From Corynebacterium glutamicum ATCC 13032 (lineage in GTDB: Bacteria; Actinomycetota; Actinomycetes; Mycobacteriales; Mycobacteriaceae), in NCBI RefSeq assembly GCF_000011325.1, contig NC_003450.3, positions 30,001-62,000 of the forward strand: a stretch of 32,000 bases of DNA, written 5' to 3'. The position numbers and the translations under genes are program-made. Every line of letters begins with the position of its first letter. Within the stretch, counting starts at the first letter, position 1. Shown piece after piece: positions 8,202-18,021 of this stretch. The notes beneath the pieces were generated by a model. That model saw only the letters and a program-made list of their open reading frames with translations. It had not been told where the DNA came from and made no database searches.

Positions 8202-8981
8202 ATGCTGCAAGCGCATGATCTCACGCTGAGTTACGGCGGGCGAAATATTGTAGAAGGGCTCAGTCTGGACCTTCCGGAAAGAGGCCTCAGCATCATCATT
8301 GGCCCCAACGGATGCGGGAAATCAACCGTTTTGAAAGCGTTGGGCAGACTGCTGAAACCACAATTGGGGAAGATCACGCTAGGTGGGCGAGATATTTCCA
8401 GCATGGGCACCAAGCATGTGGCGAAACACATCGGGGTGCTTCCGCAACCCCCATATGCGCCCGATGGGGTGAGCGTCACGGAGCTGGTCAGCCGCGGGCG
8501 GTATCCGCACCAACATCTGCTGTCGCAATGGTCAAAAGACGATGAAGCCATTGTGGCGCGCTCGCTGGCGGAAGTCGGCATGCACACCCATGCTGAGCAT
8601 TTAGTGTCGGAACTTTCAGGCGGCCAGCGCCAACGGGCGTGGATCGCCATGGCGCTCGCTCAGGAAACAGACATTTTGCTTCTCGACGAGCCCACCACGT
8701 TCCTCGACGTAGCCCACCAAATATCCGTCCTCGATTTATGCTCCGACCTGCACCAACGTGGTCGCACCCTGGCCATTGTTCTACACGATCTGAACATGGC
8801 TGCACGGTATGCCACCCACATCATCGCCATGCGGGACGGCACCATCATCGACCAAGGAAAACCCGAAGAAATACTCACTAAAGCGCTGCTCAAAGAAGTT
8901 TTTGACCTCGACGCACTCATCCTCAAAGACCCCAACAACGGCCGACCACTCATCGTGCCCACAGACAGGAGAAACTCATGA
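8202..8981 (+). CDS. Iron-siderophore-type ABC transporter ATP-binding protein (FepC/FecE-like)
   Basis: Walker A GPNGCGKST, signature LSGGQRQR, Walker B LLLDEPTTFLD, H-loop VLHD. ATGA overlap with the next gene. Confidence 0.85.
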   Translation: MLQAHDLTLSYGGRNIVEGLSLDLPERGLSIIIGPNGCGKSTVLKALGRLLKPQLGKITLGGRDISSMGTKHVAKHIGVLPQPPYAPDGVSVTELVSRGRYPHQHLLSQWSKDDEAIVARSLAEVGMHTHAEHLVSELSGGQRQRAWIAMALAQETDILLLDEPTTFLDVAHQISVLDLCSDLHQRGRTLAIVLHDLNMAARYATHIIAMRDGTIIDQGKPEEILTKALLKEVFDLDALILKDPNNGRPLIVPTDRRNS

Positions 8982-9802
8982 AAGAAACCGACAACCTACT
9001 GCGCGAAAACTCCCACGACCGCGACATCTCTGAAATCGTCGCCACCATCACTGCCCTTGACCACCCATCACCCTCACTTCTGCGATTCACAGCTTTTGTT
9101 CCAGGATCAGCAAACAACCCAGTGTGGGCAGAAGCCAACGTGGCAATCAGGCTTTACCTCAGCGAAGAATTCGACGACGCCACCCGCGTCTACACCGTCC
9201 GATCCTTTGATGCCGCAACTGAAAGCATCGTGGTGGATGTGGTTCAACACCACCACGAAAGCCCCATGATGCGCTGGTCAGACACCGTAAAAATCAACGA
9301 CACCCTCGTGCTCACCGGACCCCGCCCACACTTTGTCATCCCCGAAGGCGAACAAGCAGCACTCTTCCTTGATGACACCGCCATCCCCGCTCTCGCCGCT
9401 ATTTTGGATCAATGGCCAACAGATCTTCGTGGCAAAGGATGGGTTGTCACTGACGATCCCGCAGCCTTCGATGAACTACCCAGCATCGACGGACTGGAAC
9501 TGAACCTGCTCGCGCCGGGATCAGATCCAACTGTTCAGCCACTTGCCCAACAGGCATATGACCTGGAAAACCCAGAAACTTACGTGGTGTGGGCAGCCGG
9601 CGAGCGAGATGAAATAAAATCCATCCGCAGGCACTTCCGCAAGCAGGTGGGATTGGAAAAAGATGCAGTGGCCGTGTTTGGGTACTGGAAATACAACACC
9701 ACCAACACTCAGATCGATGCAGTCCGCAAAGAAAACTACATGAAGATGCTCTCTGAAGGGCTACAGCTGGAAAACTTCGACGACCTCTCATTGGAGATTT
9801 AA
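8978..9802 (+). CDS. Siderophore-interacting protein / ferric-siderophore flavoreductase (ViuB/SIP family)
   Basis: FAD-binding motif RVYTVRSFD. C-terminal NAD(P)H-type region YVVWAAGERDEIKSIRRHF. Operon context with the FecCD/FepC-type genes. Confidence 0.8.
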   Translation: MKETDNLLRENSHDRDISEIVATITALDHPSPSLLRFTAFVPGSANNPVWAEANVAIRLYLSEEFDDATRVYTVRSFDAATESIVVDVVQHHHESPMMRWSDTVKINDTLVLTGPRPHFVIPEGEQAALFLDDTAIPALAAILDQWPTDLRGKGWVVTDDPAAFDELPSIDGLELNLLAPGSDPTVQPLAQQAYDLENPETYVVWAAGERDEIKSIRRHFRKQVGLEKDAVAVFGYWKYNTTNTQIDAVRKENYMKMLSEGLQLENFDDLSLEI

Positions 9803-9920
9803 GGGGTCGAGTTTTTAGAATGGGTGTTTGCATTGATTGGCGTCTGATGAGCTCTTAGAAGCGATTCTGGGAGGGCATGATTTTTGGGATTCGGAGCTGA
9901 ATGTGGACTGATTTTGGGGG

Positions 9921-10098
9921 AACCAGACTGGCGTGCCCAAATGTCGTGTCTTCAGTCCACATGGGCATGCCTGTCTGGTTTCTCGGCTCTCAAACCGAAC
10001 AGGAGTGCCCACGGCTGGCAAAAAGTTCAGTTCTTGGGCACGCTAGTCTGGTTTTACCTTTTTGAGTGCCCCGAACTGCCAAACGAGAGTGCCCATGA
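9921..10098. repeat. Array of six copies of a ~20-bp motif (consensus about AACCAGAC(A/T)GG(C/A)GTGCCCA) arranged as two inverted pairs plus two partial direct copies
   Basis: A 9921-9940(+), B 9961-9980(-), D 9993-10012(+), C 10034-10053(-). A and C are reverse complements with 1 mismatch in 20. Partial copies carry the GAGTGCCC core at about 10064-10071 and 10087-10094. Confidence 0.7.
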
Positions 10099-10130
10099 GG
10101 GGCTAAATCTGGATCCGCCCGCACAAAACA

Positions 10131-10179
10131 ACTGCCGCAGCACAACGAATCAACGCTGTGCTGCGGCAGTCACTTTTTT
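10131..10179. terminator. Bidirectional rho-independent terminator (crgA on the minus strand; plus-strand read-through from the repeat region)
   Basis: Perfect 14-bp stem actgccgcagcaca / tgtgctgcggcagt with a 12-nt loop. T6 run at 10174-10179 on plus; tgtttt on the minus side. Confidence 0.8.
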
Positions 10180-10185
10180 GAAGGA

Positions 10186-10458
10186 TTAACGCCAACCCAT
10201 GGTCATGAGTAGGCCGATGATCATCAGACCGAAGCCGATGCCATAGTTCCATGCACCAAGATCAGCCATGAATGGGATCTGTGGGCCCACGAGGTAGTTA
10301 ATGATCAACCAGGCTAGGCCGACGATCATGAAGGCAAACATGATGACCTTGTACCACATTGGGGTTCCGGCGGAATTGATCTTAACCGGGGTGCGGTTTG
10401 CGCTTGGGTTGCTTGAAACCGGTGCGGTCTCGTTTTTAGTTACTCTTGCCTTTGGCAT
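10186..10458 (-). CDS. crgA: Cell division protein CrgA
   Basis: 90-aa ORF with two TM helices, a WYK motif before TM1 and C-terminal GWR. Conserved position downstream of pknB, as in other Actinobacteria. Confidence 0.85.
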   Translation of the reverse strand: MPKARVTKNETAPVSSNPSANRTPVKINSAGTPMWYKVIMFAFMIVGLAWLIINYLVGPQIPFMADLGAWNYGIGFGLMIIGLLMTMGWR

Positions 10459-10572
10459 TGTTCACACCTTCATAATTTATTGTCTTGGAAAAACCCCAGC
10501 AACTGGTACTTATCTTGTTTGAGCTTAACGTATCAGTTGCCGGGCCAGCTACCTTGACGGTTTCCTTGTTGG

Positions 10573-12513
10573 CTATTGCACGAGTGCAGCGAGATCGAAT
10601 TCGAAGAGTCGCACTTGCACTTGGGCGTCTTTGCGGAAGAGGGTTGCAGGGGTTGGGGATTGGAATCCGATTTTGTTTTGATCCACGAGGGCTGCGGTGT
10701 GGATGGGGTCGCCGACGATCAGGGATTGATCTGGGGCGGTCCAGCCAGCAGCGCGGAGGGCACTGATGGCCTGTTCGGTGGACATGCGGGCGAGATCGGG
10801 GGCTTGGATGAGCATGCCGTTGGAGACTTCCACTGTGATGGATGAACCCTTGGGTAGTTCAGTTCCTTGGCTGGAAACTGAGAGGACTTCGCCTTCTGGT
10901 TCGCTGCTGTCTAAGTAGGAAGCTGTGGGGTTAAAGCCCATGGAGATGAGGTTTTGTTCTGCTTGTGACCAGTTCATGCCGGTGAGGTTGGGCACTCGGA
11001 TGCTCTCGGTGCCTGAAGACATGGTTAGAGATACAGAGGAACCCACGACTACTTCTTGGCCGGCTTCGGGGTTTTGGTCGATGACGAGGCCAGATTCGAC
11101 GTCGTCGGAGGTTTCTTCCCGAACGTTTTGGTTGAGTATGAGACCAACGTCTTCGAGGGCGCGGGCGGCGTCCTCAAGTGTCATGCCGGAGACGTCTGGG
11201 ATGTTGATCATTTCTCGGCCGGTGGACACGGTGATGGTGACGGTGGCCCCTTGGCGGATTTCGGATCCAACGCTTGGGTTTGCTCGGATGACGAGGCCTT
11301 CGGCGACGTCGGCGCTGGCTTCTTCGACGATGTTGACAACAAATCCTGCTGCTTGAAGTTCTGTGAGAGCTTCTTGCTGCGGGAGGCCTTCCACATTGGG
11401 GATCGCGCTGGTTGCAGTGGAGGAGCTGTTGGCAAAGTAGTCGTAGGTGAAGGCACCGGCAACGCCGACGACACCTAGGGATAACACGATGGCCAGGGCG
11501 GTGAGGCCTCTGGATCCACGTTTACGCGAAGAAGACCCTGACCCCGTACTGGCCGCAGCCACGCCTGCGGCGGGGGCCACTTGGGTGGAGGTGCGCGTCG
11601 AGAAGCGAGTTTCGGGCTCTTCTGGGGTTTCTTCTGTTTCTACATGCGCGCGTGCGGCATGGGAGACTGCATTGCGGGATAGCCGGCCCAGGTCAGCGGC
11701 CATTTCGGAGGCTGTTTGGTAGCGGTCGGCGGGGTGTTTTGCCATGGCGGTGAGTACCACGGCATCCACGTTGACAGCAGAGGTCGGGGTGAGGTCCGCG
11801 ATGAAATCCGAAGGAGGGGTGGGGTCTTCCTGGACGTGTTGGTAGGCCACGGCGAAAGGGGACTCGCCTTCAAAAGGTGGCTTACCGGTGACTAATTCGT
11901 ACATGACGCAGCCGGTGGCGTAAATATCGGAACGCGCATCGGCGGGTTTGCCGCGGGCCTGCTCAGGGGAGAGGTACTGGGCGGTGCCGATGACTGCGGA
12001 GGTTTGAGTCATGGCGGAGGTGGAATCGTTGACCGCGCGGGCGATGCCGAAGTCCATGACTTTCACGCCACCGGTGTTGGTGATCATGATGTTGGCGGGT
12101 TTCACATCGCGGTGAATAATGCCGGCGTCATGGGATGCCTGCAGCGCTTCACACACAGGGATGAGGATGTTGGCTGCCTCAACTGGGGTGAATACGCCGT
12201 CTTCGGTGACAACTTCGCGCAGGTTTCGACCCTGCACGCGTTCCATCACAATGTAGGGAACAGAGGTGCCGTCTTTGTCTACTTCGCCGGTGTCAAAAAC
12301 AGCGACGATCGAAGAGTGGCTCAACCTTCCGGAGTTTTGGGCTTCCCTGCGGAAGCGTTCTCGGAAATTGGGATCTTTCGCAAGGTCGATGCGCAGCATC
12401 TTTACCGCGACCTCCCGACCAATGAGCGTGTCGGTGGCCGCGAACACCTCGCTCATGCCACCGGAGCCGATGACGGCATCCAGTTCATAGCGATCAGCGA
12501 TCACGAAGGTCAC
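10573..12513 (-). CDS. pknB: Ser/Thr protein kinase PknB with a TM segment and four extracellular PASTA repeats
   Basis: Hanks kinase motifs GSGGMSEV, VAVK, HRDVKPAN, DFG, SPEQ. A TM helix is followed by repeated PASTA-like modules. 4-nt overlap with pknA. Confidence 0.95.
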   Translation of the reverse strand: MTFVIADRYELDAVIGSGGMSEVFAATDTLIGREVAVKMLRIDLAKDPNFRERFRREAQNSGRLSHSSIVAVFDTGEVDKDGTSVPYIVMERVQGRNLREVVTEDGVFTPVEAANILIPVCEALQASHDAGIIHRDVKPANIMITNTGGVKVMDFGIARAVNDSTSAMTQTSAVIGTAQYLSPEQARGKPADARSDIYATGCVMYELVTGKPPFEGESPFAVAYQHVQEDPTPPSDFIADLTPTSAVNVDAVVLTAMAKHPADRYQTASEMAADLGRLSRNAVSHAARAHVETEETPEEPETRFSTRTSTQVAPAAGVAAASTGSGSSSRKRGSRGLTALAIVLSLGVVGVAGAFTYDYFANSSSTATSAIPNVEGLPQQEALTELQAAGFVVNIVEEASADVAEGLVIRANPSVGSEIRQGATVTITVSTGREMINIPDVSGMTLEDAARALEDVGLILNQNVREETSDDVESGLVIDQNPEAGQEVVVGSSVSLTMSSGTESIRVPNLTGMNWSQAEQNLISMGFNPTASYLDSSEPEGEVLSVSSQGTELPKGSSITVEVSNGMLIQAPDLARMSTEQAISALRAAGWTAPDQSLIVGDPIHTAALVDQNKIGFQSPTPATLFRKDAQVQVRLFEFDLAALVQ

Positions 12514-13919
12514 TGCGCTCCTCCTACATCCAATAGGCCATTTACGGCGTCGATTAAATCATCAGCCGGTGCATTAGTCTCAACTGGAACGCTAGCACTC
12601 GTCCTAGGTGTAGAGGTAGGGATTTGAGGCACAGTTCGGCTACTTGTTGGAGCTTCCGTGGTTGGTTCCTCGGATGTGCTCTCTTCACTTGTCGTCGGAC
12701 GGTGTGAAGTTGTTTCAGGTTCGGTGAATGTTGACCGTGTTGGAGGCGTTGGCGGTACCCACTGAGAGGTGGTTTCCTCCACGGTTGGGGTGTATGTTTC
12801 CGTAATGGTTTCAGGTGTGGTGGTTTCTTCCGGAGTGTCGTTGAACAAAATTCCGGTGGTGCCCGCATAGATCACCGCGCCAATAATCACGGCAAGCAAA
12901 GCTGCGATGAACAGACCAATGCCAATGCCGGAACCGCGTTTCGGGGCCGCTTCTTGGGTGATTGTTGCAGGCCGGGCCACCCTGCCCAGCATCGCCGTTG
13001 ATTCGCTTGGCGACGGCGCCTCCGCCTGCGCCATCATCGCGCTCGTGCGCGGTTGAGGCGGGCGCTTGCCAAGGCGCACAGCAGAAACAGCTAGCGCCAT
13101 TTCATTTCCATCAGGGAAACGGCGACCCGGATCCTTGCGCAACGCAATGCCAATCAACTCGCGAGTCTGTGCCGAAATGCTGGTGGGCATCTGCGGCGGA
13201 GCTTGGTTGATGTGCGCGATCGCCACAGACACCGAAGAATCTCCAGTGAACGGGCGGCGGCCAGCCATCATCTCATAGCCGACCACACCGAGAGAATAAA
13301 TATCAGAAGCCGCGGTGACTTCCTTGCCCTGGGCTTGCTCAGGTGAAACATATTGAGCAGTACCCACCACCATGCCGGTGCGGGTCAAAGGCACAGCAGC
13401 GGCAGCCTTAGCGATACCAAAGTCCGTGATCTTCACAATGCCATTGGCTGTGATCAGCATGTTGCCCGGCTTGATATCGCGGTGCACCATGTCCATCCGG
13501 TGAATCACCGACAAACCATGTGCCGCCTGTTCCATCACATCAAGAGCCAGGTCTTCCGGCAGTCTGCCTTCGCGCTCTAGAAGATCCGCAAGCGATTCAC
13601 CGCGGACAAATTCCATGACGATGAAGCAGAAAGTATGCCCAGCAGGGTCTGGAACCTCACGGTAGTCATAGGTGGCCACCACGTGTTCAGAATCGATATT
13701 CTCAGCCGCTTGCGCTTCATTGCGGAAACGGTTCAAGAACTCCTGGTTGTCGGAAAATTCCGGGCGCAGTACCTTGATGGCTACTTCGCGATCATTGACC
13801 ACATCATCTGCGAGCCATACGGTGGACATGCCACCGTGTCCGATGATCCACTGCAGACGATAATCAGCGCCGATGAGTTCTTGGAGTCGATCTTTTCCAG
13901 TGATGTCTTCTTGACTCAT
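12510..13919 (-). CDS. pknA: Ser/Thr protein kinase PknA
   Basis: Kinase motifs GHGGMSTV, VAIK, HRDIKPGN, DFGIA, SPEQ. TM helix and a Thr/Pro/Glu-rich C-terminal region. Confidence 0.95.
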   Translation of the reverse strand: MSQEDITGKDRLQELIGADYRLQWIIGHGGMSTVWLADDVVNDREVAIKVLRPEFSDNQEFLNRFRNEAQAAENIDSEHVVATYDYREVPDPAGHTFCFIVMEFVRGESLADLLEREGRLPEDLALDVMEQAAHGLSVIHRMDMVHRDIKPGNMLITANGIVKITDFGIAKAAAAVPLTRTGMVVGTAQYVSPEQAQGKEVTAASDIYSLGVVGYEMMAGRRPFTGDSSVSVAIAHINQAPPQMPTSISAQTRELIGIALRKDPGRRFPDGNEMALAVSAVRLGKRPPQPRTSAMMAQAEAPSPSESTAMLGRVARPATITQEAAPKRGSGIGIGLFIAALLAVIIGAVIYAGTTGILFNDTPEETTTPETITETYTPTVEETTSQWVPPTPPTRSTFTEPETTSHRPTTSEESTSEEPTTEAPTSSRTVPQIPTSTPRTSASVPVETNAPADDLIDAVNGLLDVGGAQ

Positions 13920-13922
13920 ATT

Positions 13923-15347
13923 TTAAAATCCTCCGGCTGCCTGAAGCACAGCTCGGCCAATTGGGGCTGCGACCTGACCACCAGTTGCACTGGTGCCAAA
14001 TCCACCGCCGTCTTTCACCAACACAGCAACAGCAATGTCGTTGTTGAATGCCACGTACCAGGTGTGTGGTGGTGTGTTTTCATCACCATGTTCCGCGGTA
14101 CCAGTCTTGGAAGCGATCTGAATTCCGGTGTAGCCCGAAGTATTGCGCTCTGAGGCTTCCATCAAAGTCTTCAACTGTTCTGCAATTTCTGGCTCGACTC
14201 CACCAACTGATTTCGGCTTGTGGGTGCTCAGTTCGCTCAGGTCCTGACCGGTGACGCGGGATACCAAATATGGTTCCATGCGTACGCCACCGTTGGATAC
14301 GGTTCCTGCCATGACAGCGGCCTGCAGCACGTTCATTTGCACGTCGCGCTGGCCAATGCTGGATTGTCCAAGGGCGGCATCGTCGGGGATTTCACCCAAG
14401 CCGCCAGGAACGTTATCTAGTCCCAAGCTGTAGGTTTGTCCCACTCCGAAGTCCTCGGCAGACGCGCGCAAAGCATCCGCGCCAACATCAATGCCGGTCT
14501 CCACAAACGCAGTATTGCAGGAGAGCTGGAAAGCGGTGAGCAGGGTAGTGGTGCCACCGCCCGCACATGTCTGACCGCCGTAGTTGGTCAAGGTGGTGTT
14601 GGTGCCAGGCAGGGTCACTGCTGCCTCTGCAGTCACGGTGGAATCAGCAGAGTAGCCGTTTTCCAAAGCTGCCGCAGTAGTGATGATCTTGAAAATAGAT
14701 CCAGGAGGCAGTGATTCCTGCGTTGCATGGTTGAGCAGCGGTGCACCTTCAGTGGAGGTGTACTCAGCCCAAGCGTCCTCTGCGGTTGCTGGATCCACGA
14801 TCTGGTTGGGGTCATAGCTTGGCGATGACGCCATGGCCAGCACCTCACCAGTGCTTGGGCGAAGCGCCACCACAGCACCCTCGTAGCCGCTTTGGCTCAG
14901 CTGTTCATAAGCAGTTTGCTGCGCATTGGGATCCAAGGTCAGCTCAATGTTTGCGCCATGGGTAGGGCTGCCAGAAATGACATCCAGCCACTGGGAGGTA
15001 AACAGGGAAGAGTCACTGCCGTTGAGGATAGAGTTGTATCCCAATTCCAGGCCAGCTGCTCCATAAACATCAGAGAGGTAACCAACCACCGGTGCGTAGG
15101 CAGTCGGGTTGGTGATGTAGCTGCGCTGGTAAAAACCCTGATCGTCCTGGGAGGACTCTGCGAGTACTTGGCCACCAGTTGAAATCTGTCCACGCGGAGT
15201 GGACTTCGCCTCCAGGAAACCACGTGCGTTCAGTGGGTTCTGAGCAAGATCATCGTCCCTAAAAGCCTGAATCCAGGTGAGGTTTGCTACGAGCACCAAG
15301 ATCAGGAGCAAAGAGAAGAGGGATGTGATTCGAATCGAGCGGTTCAC
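13923..15347 (-). CDS. pbpA: Class B penicillin-binding protein (transpeptidase) PbpA
   Basis: SxxK (SIFK), SxN (SCN) and KTG (KTGTA) motifs. N-terminal membrane anchor. Confidence 0.9.
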   Translation of the reverse strand: MNRSIRITSLFSLLLILVLVANLTWIQAFRDDDLAQNPLNARGFLEAKSTPRGQISTGGQVLAESSQDDQGFYQRSYITNPTAYAPVVGYLSDVYGAAGLELGYNSILNGSDSSLFTSQWLDVISGSPTHGANIELTLDPNAQQTAYEQLSQSGYEGAVVALRPSTGEVLAMASSPSYDPNQIVDPATAEDAWAEYTSTEGAPLLNHATQESLPPGSIFKIITTAAALENGYSADSTVTAEAAVTLPGTNTTLTNYGGQTCAGGGTTTLLTAFQLSCNTAFVETGIDVGADALRASAEDFGVGQTYSLGLDNVPGGLGEIPDDAALGQSSIGQRDVQMNVLQAAVMAGTVSNGGVRMEPYLVSRVTGQDLSELSTHKPKSVGGVEPEIAEQLKTLMEASERNTSGYTGIQIASKTGTAEHGDENTPPHTWYVAFNNDIAVAVLVKDGGGFGTSATGGQVAAPIGRAVLQAAGGF

Positions 15348-16669
15348 GCAGCCACCTCCGATGCTTGCTTGGACATGACAGGTCGGCGGGCACTGTCAGA
15401 AATACGCAAGATGATGGCCATCAGAATGTAGTTAGCCATCAGGGATGAACCACCCTGGGACATAAACGGAGTGGTCAAACCTGTCATGGGCATCAGTGAA
15501 GAAATACCTGCCACGACGACGAAAATCTGGATCATGATGGTCATCGACAGACCAGATGCCACGAGCTTTCCGTAGCTGTCACGAGCCAGGGTAGCGGTGC
15601 GCATACCGCGGGTGACAAACACACCAAACAGCACGATGATGGCCGCCAGGCCAATCAGACCAAGCTCCTCACCAATGGCTGCGAGAATGAAGTCCGAGTG
15701 CACGACAGGGATCATGTTGGGGTAACCCTGACCAATGCCGGTGCCGGTGATTCCGCCCCAACTCATGCCAAACAAGGACTGGGACAGCTGGTAACCGGTG
15801 GTGTCATAGTGGGCCACAGGATCCACGAAGTTTTGCACGCGTTCCTGAATCTTGCTTGAAACTTGGTACACCGCGAACGCGCCGACAGCCACCAACACAG
15901 CACCAATCAACAGCCAGGAACCACGGCCGGTAGCCAGGTACACCATGGCCAAAACGGTAGTGAAAAGCAGCAGTGCAGGACCGAAGTCGTTGGCGCCAGC
16001 CATGATCAAAATAGCCAACGCCCACACCACAAGAATCGGCGCGAGGTCACGCAAACGAGGGAAATCCATGCCGAGGAAACGGTAGCCCGCAACAGTAAAC
16101 AAAGCACGCTTGGTGGCTAGCAGCTGAGCAAAGAACAGCAGCAGCAAAATCTTGGAGAACTCACCTGGCTGGATGGAGAAAGGTCCAAGCCAAATCCAGA
16201 TGCGGGCTTCCACGCCGCCTGGCTGCGGCCACACGAGAGGCAGCGCCAGCAGCACGATGCCCACCACACCGAGGAGGTAGGAATAACGCGAAAGCGACTT
16301 GTAATCACGCAACAGCAACAACACAGCCACCATCAGCGTGACGCCAACAACCGTCCACATCAATTGGCTATTGACCGTGCTGTAGCCCGTGGCCTCATCA
16401 AGGCGATAAATCATCACCAAACCAATGCCATTGAGCACCGCCACCACAGGCAGCATGATTTGATCAGCAAACGGCGCCACCCATGCCATGGCTAGGTGCG
16501 CGACGATGAAGATACCGATATATCCGCCCATCAGCATCAAAATATGGGTACCCAACTCATTGCCCATGGCCAGCTCGAGGCTGATGAACATGATCGACAC
16601 AACGAGTGTGGCAAGTATCAGCAGCCACATTTCCGTGCGACGAAGCTTTAATCGTTCAAGCGTGTTCAT
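15344..16669 (-). CDS. rodA: SEDS-family peptidoglycan polymerase (RodA/FtsW family)
   Basis: 441-aa polytopic ORF with FtsW/RodA/SpoVE-type conserved blocks (QPGEFSKI, SDFILAAIGEELG). 4-nt overlaps with both neighbours. Confidence 0.9.
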   Translation of the reverse strand: MNTLERLKLRRTEMWLLILATLVVSIMFISLELAMGNELGTHILMLMGGYIGIFIVAHLAMAWVAPFADQIMLPVVAVLNGIGLVMIYRLDEATGYSTVNSQLMWTVVGVTLMVAVLLLLRDYKSLSRYSYLLGVVGIVLLALPLVWPQPGGVEARIWIWLGPFSIQPGEFSKILLLLFFAQLLATKRALFTVAGYRFLGMDFPRLRDLAPILVVWALAILIMAGANDFGPALLLFTTVLAMVYLATGRGSWLLIGAVLVAVGAFAVYQVSSKIQERVQNFVDPVAHYDTTGYQLSQSLFGMSWGGITGTGIGQGYPNMIPVVHSDFILAAIGEELGLIGLAAIIVLFGVFVTRGMRTATLARDSYGKLVASGLSMTIMIQIFVVVAGISSLMPMTGLTTPFMSQGGSSLMANYILMAIILRISDSARRPVMSKQASEVAA

Positions 16670-18021
16670 GAGACCTCCCTACAATTGACTCCGGGTTCGT
16701 TTCTATCGCCACCGGTTGTTACTTCTAAGTTCACGCACACTGGCAAAGCTTGAGCAGCCAGCCGTTGCATTTGCGCCTGGACCTCGTCATACGACCCAGA
16801 CGGTAATCCTGCGACACTACCGCGAACAGATGCCGGTAAATCATCCAATTTGAAAGACGTACCGTTTTCACAGGATTCCTTGAGTGACAAGGTGCCAGCT
16901 TCATTCAGGCACGCCACCTGGAATTGCGAATGTAAATCCTTGCCAAAGATGCGGTAATCCACACCGTGTTCCACGGTGATGGCTTCCTCATCATTGACCG
17001 CGACGTAAAAAGTGCTGTCAATACGGGAGTAGCCCCACCATCCTGCGGCAACTACACCGATGAGGATGACCAGGGCTACGATCAATACCGCAAGTTTGCT
17101 GGAACTTTTCTCTGGTGGCTCCTCAATTGTGGGAATATCCTCCGTTCCAGCATCAGATATCTTTGGTGCCGGATCAATCACTTGAGCTCGCCGTGTGATC
17201 GCCGCAGCGCGTCCCGCAGCGGTATCAGGCCGCGGATCTTCAGGCTGCTCACCATTGAGCGCACCAGCCGTGACAGGCACTGATGCTTCCGCTGCTGCTT
17301 CCGCCTCGGTGACTTCTACAACATCGGCCACAATGACCGTCACATTGTCCGGACCGCCAGAACGCAGCGCCAACTCCACCAACTTGGTGGACGCATCCTG
17401 CGGGGTGCCTACACGCACTGTTTCTTCAATCGTGGAGTGTGTAACCGGATCTGATAGACCATCAGAGCACAACAACAAACGATCCCCAGGCAAGGCCGGG
17501 AATTGCTCCAGAGTGGGCTCCACAGGATGGCCGGTGTAAGCCTTCAGAATCAAAGAACGCTGAGGGTGAGTTGAAACATCTTCTGGATCAAGCTTGCCCT
17601 CAGCGACCAACGACTGCACAAAAGTATCGTCGACTGTAACCTGTACCAACTTATCGTCGCGAAGCACATAACCACGACTATCGCCGACGTGGCACATTGC
17701 CAGGTCACGCCCGTTAAACATGAACGCCGTCAACGTAGTGCCCATGCCGTCGCGCGCCGGGTCTTCGGCGATGCCCTCAGCAATCGCCGCGTTGGCTTCG
17801 CCTGCCACCATGCCCACCAGCGCCAACATATCGTTATCACCAGGATCAACATCAAGCGCACGCAAATGGTTGATCATGGTTTGGGAAGCGATCTCACCAG
17901 CAGCATGGCCGCCCATACCATCAGCCAGCGCCAACAAATGCGGGCCAGCGTAAGCGGAATCCTCATTGTTCCCGCGCACTAACCCTCGGTCAGATGCCAC
18001 CGCATATTTAAGTTTCAACAT
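16666..18021 (-). CDS. ppp: PP2C-family Ser/Thr phosphatase with TM segment and extracellular domain (PstP/Ppp)
   Basis: PP2C motifs ALADGMGGHAAGE and LLCSDGLSD. One TM helix (LAVLIVALVILIGVVAAGWW). Confidence 0.9.
   Translation of the reverse strand: MLKLKYAVASDRGLVRGNNEDSAYAGPHLLALADGMGGHAAGEIASQTMINHLRALDVDPGDNDMLALVGMVAGEANAAIAEGIAEDPARDGMGTTLTAFMFNGRDLAMCHVGDSRGYVLRDDKLVQVTVDDTFVQSLVAEGKLDPEDVSTHPQRSLILKAYTGHPVEPTLEQFPALPGDRLLLCSDGLSDPVTHSTIEETVRVGTPQDASTKLVELALRSGGPDNVTVIVADVVEVTEAEAAAEASVPVTAGALNGEQPEDPRPDTAAGRAAAITRRAQVIDPAPKISDAGTEDIPTIEEPPEKSSSKLAVLIVALVILIGVVAAGWWGYSRIDSTFYVAVNDEEAITVEHGVDYRIFGKDLHSQFQVACLNEAGTLSLKESCENGTSFKLDDLPASVRGSVAGLPSGSYDEVQAQMQRLAAQALPVCVNLEVTTGGDRNEPGVNCREVS

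Noticed and set aside
9921-10098. The repeat array as a CRISPR locus.
   Set aside because: The repeats are in mixed orientation and only ~20 bp long, with spacers of 12-21 bp. Copies are imperfect and there are no cas genes.
9815-10189. ORFs 9815-10021 (minus, 68 aa) and 9884-10189 (plus, 101 aa) with internally repeated peptides (GTPVRF/GTPVWF; SAH…SAH).
   Set aside because: The peptide repeats are a by-product of the 20-bp DNA repeats being read in both orientations. Neither ORF has an RBS, and the plus-strand ORF runs through the terminator stem.
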